DNA of 64,000 nucleotides from Candidatus Altimarinota bacterium (GTDB taxonomy: Bacteria > Patescibacteriota > Gracilibacteria > CAIRYL01), in assembly GCA_965250085.1 (NCBI GenBank), contig OZ252287.1, forward strand, positions 1,248,001-1,312,000, in the 5' to 3' direction. Shown here piece by piece: positions 29,301 through 37,907 of this stretch (position 1 is the first letter of the stretch; every line of letters starts with the position of its first letter). The notes below the pieces were generated by a model. That model was not told the origin of the DNA, ran no database searches, and worked only from the letters and a program-made list of their open reading frames with translations. Made by a program: the position numbers and the translations under genes.

Positions 29301-30106
29301 CTTTTGATGAACTTGAACAAGCTGCCATATGGCATGCAGCAGCAAGTGCTCCTGGAGGAACCAATGACTTTGATCCATTGGAAGCTATTTTCCGTTCTTT
29401 GGCTGCAGAAGAAGCCGAGGCACGAAGTAATGATGAACTATCAATCTTAGAACGGATTCGTGCTGGTTTTCTTATTCGTGAAATTAATGCTGTCCAGGAA
29501 CTTGGGAGGAAAGGAGAAGATGAACTGGATGAAGATGAAGAAGTATATTTTGAAAATCTCACGAAAGAAAGCCCAGAGAGTATATTTCGACGTCTGCAGG
29601 ATTTACTCCCCCGGACTTCAGGAGATCCAGCAGAGATACAACAAGAACAAGCCTTTTTACGACAACGTATCGATGGCACTAATGCAGTTCAAATGTTTCA
29701 AGAGTGGACACGACAGTTTATTGGCAATAAGTATCTTTCTGATGAAGAAAAAGATTTTTTCCGAGAACTTGATATTTCTGATGCAAATTTAGCTGCGATT
29801 TATAAAGACTGGCTTCAGGTTCTGAAGAGAAAGCAAGGAAAAAACATTGAACCAATCTTGGAAATTATTGAAGTGAGCTCTGACGGAGGATCAAATGATC
29901 CAGCACGGTTACAAAATATTGTTCGCTCTCTGCGTGACCTAGGGATTATCGTACTGTGCTATGGACTCGGAAATGACGCTGATGCCGCCGTTCGCAACTA
30001 TTACAATGACTATAATCCTTCAGAAGGAGGAATGCTCTGTCACAATTTGTTGGATTACCCTGAAAAAAAGGCTCGAGCCTGGCAGAATATGCTTGACAGA
30101 GTGTAG
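26378..30106 (+). CDS. Large transglutaminase-like (Cys-His-Asp) plus acidic linker plus vWA domain protein
   Basis: ECYSAN..ALRIPARIVTG, GHGWCEIW, FDATP; MIDAS IIDRSGSM...GGTND...SSDGG. Confidence 0.8.
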   Translation: MPLAIETASESPSQKLEQVSATLRRLYGRGFEIKTFSDPGKGVMKIESGGDFHLNEAKLAGLTLESCIAQTISVAEAWQMQIGIRQDPQFATEVATYEAHKDRPSYKLLYGVLFESVALRDKALTDSSLQQVAMHTARQRLQKLKRRFPHVLPPQVQYLIGLIDPDSREIQDTEVQKAIGDLQSSGILRKLFDHRVNAGTKLRTIHGQIFQDYRYFLRQAQHPDAKWAKQKKEPKKIRQRSREEIEQIMNPPGRIPPSHQLPPAPPEVLEEMSQESSSEPETPDPSSGPEPEESEEVPELPDMPSLPIPEQNDASDKSSSTPPDSPQGTPDYQDEYSTPEGGEFEKDPSGKGYKLEISPPLLGYYSTDRKSYWNAQRKKWANKSSLTRYKNIARFTGKKYNLSGEISGQNLKPFPLPVGYVPDLDSLQYTGDKPTVYRDQNGCFQIKLSGQGKCQLSIDFYKEDDQKSPHPISEDSEQMYAGSLSGNAQQAFVKAEKEVDSKKKAAIVRDYVRKNHFYPPGKNDMETMNAAKKIQAELQNISDAQNYIHNLDNSPHLECYSANNLMVAMVRALRIPARIVTGHHVQHTNTKGNAEINSANGHGWCEIWDGNSWVGFDATPPPDLNDPKNKSDPADQDENEEQEPQDQSPAENADDGAERTDTSEDDGEGEEGGEPQDGADDGQQSDEEGDGETSEKPPGEKGEGDADAEIANEEDGKGSEQDGDGGEQTDEVDDDFDPKEELERMYEELIEETAGMPDEEEIKRTLREIEREAAAQQALDPEERYVQDKHPGLTPELRRQIAEFIREFRRDMQIIEQIPNPDPESPHTTFMEAFKAMIDRIVSRRYVERRVRKYPTTTGRLVRPVTRHTDKLAGKRQSYAFKTRERKLFEEKKITKVRWRTIIDRSGSMDSQKLRTQQQIEVLKNAVVAEKQIELNELSARLKQDLRLETETWQFGGPDPETGQQFSCIKPLSSTFDELEQAAIWHAAASAPGGTNDFDPLEAIFRSLAAEEAEARSNDELSILERIRAGFLIREINAVQELGRKGEDELDEDEEVYFENLTKESPESIFRRLQDLLPRTSGDPAEIQQEQAFLRQRIDGTNAVQMFQEWTRQFIGNKYLSDEEKDFFRELDISDANLAAIYKDWLQVLKRKQGKNIEPILEIIEVSSDGGSNDPARLQNIVRSLRDLGIIVLCYGLGNDADAAVRNYYNDYNPSEGGMLCHNLLDYPEKKARAWQNMLDRV

Positions 30107-30134
30107 TTTTTCCATTATAATATACAGATAACTT

Positions 30135-32456
30135 ATGACTCCCTTTCGAAATTTACCGGCTCACAAATTTCAATTTTTTTCTCTCGAGAGAACACAAGAT
30201 TATTTCATGGGAGAAAATAGAATTCTTTTTCGAAACTCGCTTGCAGAAAAGATACTTCAGAATGCTGAAGAATCGGATGAAAGTGAAAAATCCAAACTTT
30301 CTACGGAAGAAGTACAAGCTCAAGTTATGGAGGTACGAGCTCTGGTAGGAAGACTATCCGCTTTAAAAAAATTAAATACCTATGAAGGAAACGTGCCCGA
30401 AGCTACAGAAATAGAAATGGAACTCCCTCAGCTCCAATCTACAGAGGGCACTGAAACAGCAGATTGGAGTGATTTATTTGATCCTGATTTGTCAGAGATT
30501 ATGGTGCTCGAAGAAAATCCCGATTTAGTCAATAGAGATGAAGTACAACAGATTCGCCAACGTCTTGAAACACTGCTGAAGAATCCTCAAGTGGCTCAAC
30601 AATATGAAGAAATGTTTGGCACCGTGGTACGCGATTTTACTGTCGCAAAGAGGCTTCTCCGAGCTTATAAGCAAGGATATAGGGTAATGAAGAAAGGTGA
30701 TGGATATGAAAAATATTCTTTGACCAGTAGTGACAAAATACGTGCTGCCAGACAGCTATTACGAATCTTAGATAACTTCGAAAAACAATGTCGCGAAGAA
30801 GAACAGAACATTCATACTCAAGTGAAAAGATCAGGTCGTGATTATTCTGAAAGCGATCGGAAAAATTTAGAAAGAGTACAAAAACGAAGGCTAGAATGTC
30901 GGACTGAAATTAATACCCTCTTACTAGATGCTGAAGTATGGATTGCAAAACATATCGATGATTTGGCTCATGATCGAGCTGTTTTACAACGTCGTCCAAA
31001 AGGGGAACATTTTCCGCCACGAAATCAATTAGTTTCTATAGGACGTCACAGCGCTTATATTGAAGTAGAATCACGCACCGAACAAATGTATGGGAATGAA
31101 AGTGCTGGACACTCCATCCTGCCTGCTTTGCGAGCCGGACACAATGTTGAACTCCTTGGTCCAACCGGGACGGGAAAAACAAAGTTGGGTATCGCTTCTG
31201 CGCAAGTGTTTTCAAATAAAAATCCAGTCGTCGTTTCCGGTGGACCGGAGCTTTCTCGTGACACTTTTTTTGGTTTTGCATCGGATGTCGGAGTACGTGA
31301 ACAGGGTGCCTGTATTCAGTGTATGAGAGAAGGAATGGTAATGATTCTCGATGAAGATAACCGTACCCCTCCAGAGATCTTGGGACAGATTAAATTTATT
31401 TTAGGGCTTAAAGCTGGGGATGTCTTCATGCATCCGGATACCGGTGAGGAAATTGTTGTTCAGCCGGGATTTGGTGTCATGGTGACCAGAAATGAAAAGG
31501 ATGAACACCACGAAGATCGGTTTGATCTTCCTCCGGATTATCGTCGTGAATTTACACACGGAAGTTTTGAAATTGATTATTATACCCCGGCAGAGATGTA
31601 CCATCGTTTCTTTTCACCAAAACTCAGCCATGGAGATAATTCGATTCCGCTTTCAGATGAAGAAATTGGAGGGACTATAGTACATGATACTGCTGATTTA
31701 GATAGTGTTGATCTCTCCAGAAGTGATATTTCTCCACTGTTGGCACTCTGCTTATCAGCGAAGCAAGTTCAAACACTTTATAAAACAAAAGGAAGTAAAG
31801 GGCTTGAGAATGCTGTCTTTGAATCTGGATTTTTGATTGATCTTTTTGATGAATGGGCAGAAATGAGCATGAGACAAAAGAGTGATGGGAGTGAAGTTGC
31901 TTTTTTAGAATTTTTAGAAACAAAACTGATTGAATTTCTCAAACGTCCAATTGGTAGTCCGGATCGAAAAAAAATTATCCCTATCCTTGTCAATCATGGA
32001 TTTTTTCGGCGAAAAAATGCCGCTGATTTTGCCACTCCAAATGAAGGTGAACCACTGGACGATATGGCATTCCAAAGTCTTCTGAGGAGTGCCGATGTTC
32101 GTTTTCAAGACCCTACTGGAAATACTCTTAATGATCGAGAAGTGGCAACGCTCAATCCTTTTGGTTTTTATGAAATTCCAGAGATTCCAGATCACCCACT
32201 CAAGCCTATAATTGAAGCCTTTGCAGAACAATATCGCGAATTATGCAGCACTCATGGCATGAGAGCAGTAAGTTGTCCCACAGATACCTCATTTAATGCT
32301 TTGTTACCGCGTATTATACAAAGTGTACGGGCTGTTTTGCGTACAGCTGATGCGAGCAGTGCTGAGGGCTATGTTATTGCGCTTGATAAAGCATTGAACG
32401 AAGGTGGGCAACAAGGATTTTTAGAAAAAACACAAGAAATTTTTGACCTCCTGTAG
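30135..32456 (+). CDS. MoxR/CbbQ-type AAA+ ATPase with long helical N-terminus
   Basis: Walker A GPTGTGKT, Walker B MILDEDN, VQPGFGVMVTRN. Confidence 0.85.
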   Translation: MTPFRNLPAHKFQFFSLERTQDYFMGENRILFRNSLAEKILQNAEESDESEKSKLSTEEVQAQVMEVRALVGRLSALKKLNTYEGNVPEATEIEMELPQLQSTEGTETADWSDLFDPDLSEIMVLEENPDLVNRDEVQQIRQRLETLLKNPQVAQQYEEMFGTVVRDFTVAKRLLRAYKQGYRVMKKGDGYEKYSLTSSDKIRAARQLLRILDNFEKQCREEEQNIHTQVKRSGRDYSESDRKNLERVQKRRLECRTEINTLLLDAEVWIAKHIDDLAHDRAVLQRRPKGEHFPPRNQLVSIGRHSAYIEVESRTEQMYGNESAGHSILPALRAGHNVELLGPTGTGKTKLGIASAQVFSNKNPVVVSGGPELSRDTFFGFASDVGVREQGACIQCMREGMVMILDEDNRTPPEILGQIKFILGLKAGDVFMHPDTGEEIVVQPGFGVMVTRNEKDEHHEDRFDLPPDYRREFTHGSFEIDYYTPAEMYHRFFSPKLSHGDNSIPLSDEEIGGTIVHDTADLDSVDLSRSDISPLLALCLSAKQVQTLYKTKGSKGLENAVFESGFLIDLFDEWAEMSMRQKSDGSEVAFLEFLETKLIEFLKRPIGSPDRKKIIPILVNHGFFRRKNAADFATPNEGEPLDDMAFQSLLRSADVRFQDPTGNTLNDREVATLNPFGFYEIPEIPDHPLKPIIEAFAEQYRELCSTHGMRAVSCPTDTSFNALLPRIIQSVRAVLRTADASSAEGYVIALDKALNEGGQQGFLEKTQEIFDLL

Positions 32457-32470
32457 TATATTTCCTCCCT

Positions 32471-34198
32471 ATGACTCAATTCGAACACGAATGGCAAGAC
32501 CTGGCAACCGGCTTAGAGCAGTTACAAACTGTTTATCTAGGTTATGAAGAAGACCTGGAAGATCTGGCATTTGATATGCGAAACAGGGCATTGGGAAAAG
32601 AGAGCCCTCTGCGTTTGAATATTGATGGCGCCAGATTGCGCATTAATCAGCGGGAAGAAGAAGTAACAATGATTGAGCAGGTTGCGCAGTTTATTCATAT
32701 TCTTTATGAGAAGCTGGGAGATGCAGATAAGGCTTCTGTCAATGGCGAGCTCATGGAGCGTGTAGCTGCTATTGCTAGCAACATTCGCACCGGTATTCGT
32801 GATCGCATTGAACCATTGGTACCAGAGATAGGAAAACTCCGTTGGCGTGATGTAAATGTGGAGATCGTGAGGATCAAGCATGCTTTTCGTGGTGAACAAC
32901 TTGGAGCAGGTATGACCAAATTGCGCCAAATTATCCATCGGAGGGAATTGGGGCAGGAGGATTACACTTTGGAGCACGAAGATATTCATTTGGATATTAA
33001 AAAAGAAGACTCAGATGAAGTTATGTTACAAAAACTCGCAACATTTAGCCGCGCAATTCAGCGAAAGTGTGATGAAAAATTTCCAGAACCAATGGAGCGT
33101 GAGGTGGAACAATTTCCAAGTAGCGCAGTATATTGGACAGAGGTGGCAACCGGTTTCATGCAACTCAAGGAACAGTTTCGTGGCTCCGATCTTGGAGCAG
33201 AATTTTCTAGTCTCAAAAACCTTATTGACTCTGAAAGAATTAAAGAAGCCGGTTACCACATTGAAACCGAGTGGGCTACGCTGCAGATAGAACCAGACAC
33301 GCCATACTACCAAATGGCTGACCAAATAGCTGAATTTGTTGAAATAGTCCAAAAAGGGAATCCTGACAAATTCCCTGAACCGTTTACTGTTGCTGAGGCA
33401 AAAAAAGCACTTGATGCTCAAAAATTCCATTGGCGTGATGCTATTGCGGCAATAGATCATCTCCAAAGCTCTGCTTACCCAGCAAATGAGTATCCGGCTC
33501 TTCAGGAACTCAAGGCAAGAATGGAAGCCGGGACACTCGGAGTTGATTCAGATATGGCGATTTATATCGGTCCCATTCGTTTGAATATCAAAAAAACAAA
33601 TAGCGACACTGATATTCAACATAAAGTAGCCGTGTTTATTGGTGAGCTCAAACAAGTCGTACCAGATGAAAAGACGTCGACTACAGAACCACTTGATCCA
33701 AAATTGGATCAGACTTTCTGGCGAGATATTGAAGCGGCTTTGATCAGCTTAGAAGATGTATATGGCACGAATAAAACATTTCGAAAGCTGGTTTTCTTTA
33801 TAAAGGAAGGTATCTTGGGGGCGAATGATTTTACTGCCAACGTAGGTGGACACACTTTAGAGATAAAAAGTACTGATAGTGATTTGGAAATGCGCGATAA
33901 GCTCAATACATTCATTCGTGAACTCAATGAAGGCAGAATTGTAGAACTTGATCGTAAGGCAATGGAGCGAATACAAGAACTTGAGAGAAATCAAATAGAG
34001 CTCGAAGAAGAATATCGTAGACAAACACAACGAGCACGATTAGAGTTTGAAGAGCAAAGACAAACTGCCAGACGTGTTACTGAACAGAAGGAACAAAGCA
34101 TAGAGCAACTCGAAAATGAACTCAGAAGAGTGCGGATGAGGCCGACCCCAGCACCAAGACCGGCTCCGGTTCGTCCGGTTCGTTCTTATAGCGGGTAG
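32471..34198 (+). CDS. Protein with five ~80-100 aa repeats, C-terminal coiled coil and Pro/Arg tail
   Basis: Recurring W(R/Q/T)(D/E)...L.I...D..M..K(L/V)A.FI. Confidence 0.75.
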   Translation: MTQFEHEWQDLATGLEQLQTVYLGYEEDLEDLAFDMRNRALGKESPLRLNIDGARLRINQREEEVTMIEQVAQFIHILYEKLGDADKASVNGELMERVAAIASNIRTGIRDRIEPLVPEIGKLRWRDVNVEIVRIKHAFRGEQLGAGMTKLRQIIHRRELGQEDYTLEHEDIHLDIKKEDSDEVMLQKLATFSRAIQRKCDEKFPEPMEREVEQFPSSAVYWTEVATGFMQLKEQFRGSDLGAEFSSLKNLIDSERIKEAGYHIETEWATLQIEPDTPYYQMADQIAEFVEIVQKGNPDKFPEPFTVAEAKKALDAQKFHWRDAIAAIDHLQSSAYPANEYPALQELKARMEAGTLGVDSDMAIYIGPIRLNIKKTNSDTDIQHKVAVFIGELKQVVPDEKTSTTEPLDPKLDQTFWRDIEAALISLEDVYGTNKTFRKLVFFIKEGILGANDFTANVGGHTLEIKSTDSDLEMRDKLNTFIRELNEGRIVELDRKAMERIQELERNQIELEEEYRRQTQRARLEFEEQRQTARRVTEQKEQSIEQLENELRRVRMRPTPAPRPAPVRPVRSYSG

Positions 34199-34255
34199 CA
34201 GTGAGTGGTAAACAATAACGAAAATCTTGGTACCTCATAATCATTGAGGATCATA

Positions 34256-36337
34256 TTAAGATTCACCATTCGCCTTATGTAACAAGTTATCTCTAAATTC
34301 GGAAATTCCCCGCCGCCCCTTTGTGAGAGTTTTTACAAGATCAAGATCACCCACTGGTTTTCCCATAAGTAGCAATTGACCATACTCATCAGGCGCTGGC
34401 TTATCTCTTTTACCGGCATATGGCGTTGGTTTTAAATGTACAGGGATGCTTTGTATCGTGTCACTATCGGTGTCCAAAGCATGGAGAACGCCGGCACTAA
34501 TTCCATTTTGTGCAGTGATGTCTTGAGGGTCAATTTCCCCATCTGCCCATTGATAGTGCCTATGGTAAAAAGCGTCTGCAAAACGAACCTTTACTCCACC
34601 ATTTTCATCTGTAGTGAGCAAGAGATTCATAGTATGATCCTCCACCTCTTCTGGACCTTCAGAGTTCATCAGATATTCACCCTCTTCCGAACGGCGAGCA
34701 TCGTATTTCCCATTCATTTGAATTGGTGCATTAACCACAAAATCAAAGGTTCTCAGCTCATATCTCTGAATCTCCTCAACCTGTGAAAGTAAATATTGAT
34801 ACTGCTCAAAATCACCACTCGCAATCTCGTCATATGCCTGTCGTAATAGTTTATTCACATGGACCTTTTGCCACATGTCAAACAGCAACTGTTTCGCCTG
34901 AGCATGATGACGACAATCCCCTAATCCAAGAGCCAGACTCGTAGAAATATTTGTACGAGAATCTACTCCCTTTTTTGCACCATCAGCTACACCTCCTGTT
35001 TGTACCAGGCCTCTCAGTGTTTTGTCATAAACTTTATGTCCATCACTTTGAAGATTTTCTAAGTCAAGTTTCTCTGTTTCAAAAGTAGATCGGAGGAATA
35101 TATCCACAATCTTCAAAAATTGGTCAATATCAGCAACATCCATCAAAGATGCTGGAGCTCCAGAAAGTATTTGTCTTGCCTCCTCTTGAGAATACTTCAA
35201 ACAACTCAAATCTATCATTTCGGCAATTGGGGTTGAAAGTAGAGTTTCGATTTGGCCACGATCAGTACGATTGATAGCGTGATCGCTAAGATCTCCTCCA
35301 AAATCAAAATTCCCACCCACAAAGTTAGAGCTCAGTCCTCTGTAGCTAAAAGAATTTGCGCGCCACATTTCTGGAAGAAAATTCTTTTCTATTGTTGTTG
35401 TTGCAAAATCTTTTCCAAGACGACTTTGTTTTTCTTGCAATTGCTCTTGTGAGAAATTCTTAATGTCATCTAGATGTTGTCGCAAGGCATCAATAGCCTC
35501 TCGGTTCGCACTATTTGGAGGGGCAAGTTTTTCCAAATTAGATAATGTCGACTCAATCTCCCATGTTGCCGTGGCAACGGATAAGACTTTTGTTGTGATA
35601 TCTTTAATTGCTGTAGCGTCTTTTTCAGCGATACAAGCCAACTCTAACATTGTAACAACACACCAGTAGTCTTCTGACTCAACACCACCATCACGTTCGC
35701 AGGAGAGGTAGACCATTTGTGCCACTCTCTTTGCACGTTCCACTTGTCCCAATTCCAGGAGACGATATACCACATTAACGCCAGGATAGTAGTCAAAATC
35801 CATAAGATATCCATTTTCATAAGCCTCAAGAGACTTCTCGGTTTCTCTTTTTACTAAATGTGCCTTTCCCATCGCTCCATAAACTTCTCCATTTACTTGT
35901 CCTTCTTTCACAAGATCATTGCAGAGTTCAAGGGTTCTGTCAGGCTGATTCGTTTTATTACAAGCCACCGCACAAAATTCACAAACAATGCTTGAAGAAC
36001 GAAATTCATCATTCTCACATTGTTCATACACTCGAAGCATATTTTCAAATGATCCAAGAGCCTTAAAATGATTAAAAATCATCATAAGGGTGGAAGGTGG
36101 AAAATCGATCAGATCATTTTCATCAAAAGCATAGTGCTCCAAGCGACTGATTTTTTTGTCTTTTTCTTCTGTCTCACTCCGATGAGAAAGACATTCTGCC
36201 ATAGCTCCATGTTGTTTTCTCTGCAGGTCAATTATGCCTCTATTTTGGGTTGTTGCTAGATCAAGGTCTATCTCTGCCGGATTAGTGCTAAATTTTTGAA
36301 ATTCGAGGACGGGTACGGATGTATTAGAAGATGACAT
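34256..36337 (-). CDS. TPR (DUF4071/TRAFs-binding-like) protein with C-terminal putative Cys-His-Asp domain
   Basis: GEVYGAMGK, YYPGVN, DYWCVVT.LE; GDCRHH...EDHT...ADAFY. Confidence 0.7.
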   Translation of the reverse strand: MSSSNTSVPVLEFQKFSTNPAEIDLDLATTQNRGIIDLQRKQHGAMAECLSHRSETEEKDKKISRLEHYAFDENDLIDFPPSTLMMIFNHFKALGSFENMLRVYEQCENDEFRSSSIVCEFCAVACNKTNQPDRTLELCNDLVKEGQVNGEVYGAMGKAHLVKRETEKSLEAYENGYLMDFDYYPGVNVVYRLLELGQVERAKRVAQMVYLSCERDGGVESEDYWCVVTMLELACIAEKDATAIKDITTKVLSVATATWEIESTLSNLEKLAPPNSANREAIDALRQHLDDIKNFSQEQLQEKQSRLGKDFATTTIEKNFLPEMWRANSFSYRGLSSNFVGGNFDFGGDLSDHAINRTDRGQIETLLSTPIAEMIDLSCLKYSQEEARQILSGAPASLMDVADIDQFLKIVDIFLRSTFETEKLDLENLQSDGHKVYDKTLRGLVQTGGVADGAKKGVDSRTNISTSLALGLGDCRHHAQAKQLLFDMWQKVHVNKLLRQAYDEIASGDFEQYQYLLSQVEEIQRYELRTFDFVVNAPIQMNGKYDARRSEEGEYLMNSEGPEEVEDHTMNLLLTTDENGGVKVRFADAFYHRHYQWADGEIDPQDITAQNGISAGVLHALDTDSDTIQSIPVHLKPTPYAGKRDKPAPDEYGQLLLMGKPVGDLDLVKTLTKGRRGISEFRDNLLHKANGES

Positions 36338-36367
36338 GCTCTATTAAGATAAAATTTGATAACTTAG

Positions 36368-37793
36368 GGGAGCGTACCAATTTGGGGGCCTGTGATTTAA
36401 GAATAACGGCTTGAGGTAAAGCTCTGGAGAAAGTTATCGAGATAAAGTAGAATATTTCTTCTTTTTTTCTTTAATTTATTTATGACAAATACAAAAAAAA
36501 CTTCGATGTCCTGTATGTGAAGGACTCAACACTATAAGAAAAGGGCGTCACCGGAACCATCTTCGTATTTACTGCCATGATTGCGGCAAGAAAATAACTC
36601 TCAACGACAAAAACAAAAAAGCAGAAGAAATCCTGAAGGCTCATCTCAACAGAAACTCATGCCGTATTCTCGCCGTAGAAAATGAGATGGATAAAAAGAC
36701 GATTTGCAAAATCATAAACAAGACAACGCCAAAACTAATTGATTCCAATGAGCTGACTCGTTTGATGTGTCCTCAGAATTATTGTGGGATTGTTTTGGTT
36801 GATGGTAAGTGTATTGGAGTAAAGGATTCCAAGCAGACTGTCACCGGAAGAAAAGCGAAGACAAAGAAGGGGCTTGTAGACATATCCTTCATGGATTATG
36901 AATCTCACGATATTCCTGTTCATATTTTGGCAGCTTCAGAGAATATGCATGATATTGAGCAAGGATTTTTAATGCTCAGGGAGATTGGCTATCCGCTGAA
37001 GGTGGTTGTTTGTGATGAGAGCATGGGAGAGACGATGAGTGTGGCGAAGAGAATCTTTCCCGATGTTATTGTTCAGCTCTGCCTTACTCACTATAGTGCT
37101 GCATTAGATAGGAATATGAAGGTGAACAGTGCCAAAAGAAAAATATCTTCCTTGGAGAAAAAACTAGCTCATCTCGGTAAGAGCATTCTCATATCTTCTC
37201 ACAAGTATAATAAGAATAAGGCTGTGGAATTGAGCAATCAATTAGCAGATATTGAACATGAATACCACTACCTGATTACTGTTCAGCATATTTTACAGAA
37301 AATATTTTGGTCGGCAATGACGACAGAAGACCTCAATAAATTAGAAGACGAGCTCAATATCGCTATTGCTGGAATGGATTTAAAGAAATATCCACATGCT
37401 CAAAAAATACGAGATGCTTATGATAACTACTACAAGAAAAGAGATTTGATTATTGCCTCTATCAACCATCCTGAGCTTGATATTCCAAGAACTACAAATC
37501 TCATTGAAGGCTATCACAGCACCTCTGTGGAGATTAGGCTCAGTGGTATTCGTGGGTTTGAGCATGAAGAAACTGCTGCCAATTATATAAATGCTCTTAT
37601 TCTCAGGAGAAGATTCTGGAAATTCACCGACTGTAAAACAAAATTCAAGCACTTGAATGGTCAATCTCCTCTTCAAGCTGCTCATCCAAAAAACCTATTT
37701 GGCTTCGACTTCCATTCTCATGATTGGATTCCTTTTTGTATCAATCTCAACCGCAAAAAATGACAGAACAGGTCCCCAAATTGGTACGCTCCC
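36368..37793 (+). mobile_element. IS256-like insertion sequence, 1426 bp
   Basis: 26-bp IRs GGGAGCGTACCAATTTGGGG(G/A)CCTGT (25/26 identical); 9-bp target duplication ATAACTTAG (36359-36367, 37794-37802). Confidence 0.9.
36482..37763 (+). CDS. Transposase with N-terminal Zn ribbon; frameshifted at an A8 run just after the ATG
   Basis: CPVC..CHDC in frame with 36687; VDGK, VVCDE, QLCLTH, RTTNLIEG. Confidence 0.8.
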
Positions 37794-37907
37794 ATAACTT
37801 AGTGTATTATTGTACACCTTTATATGTAAAAAGCAAATCTAAATGACATCGTTATAAAACAGTGATACCCTGCAGGATGGCTTTTTTTAGTGTCTTTTAG
37901 AAGTATT

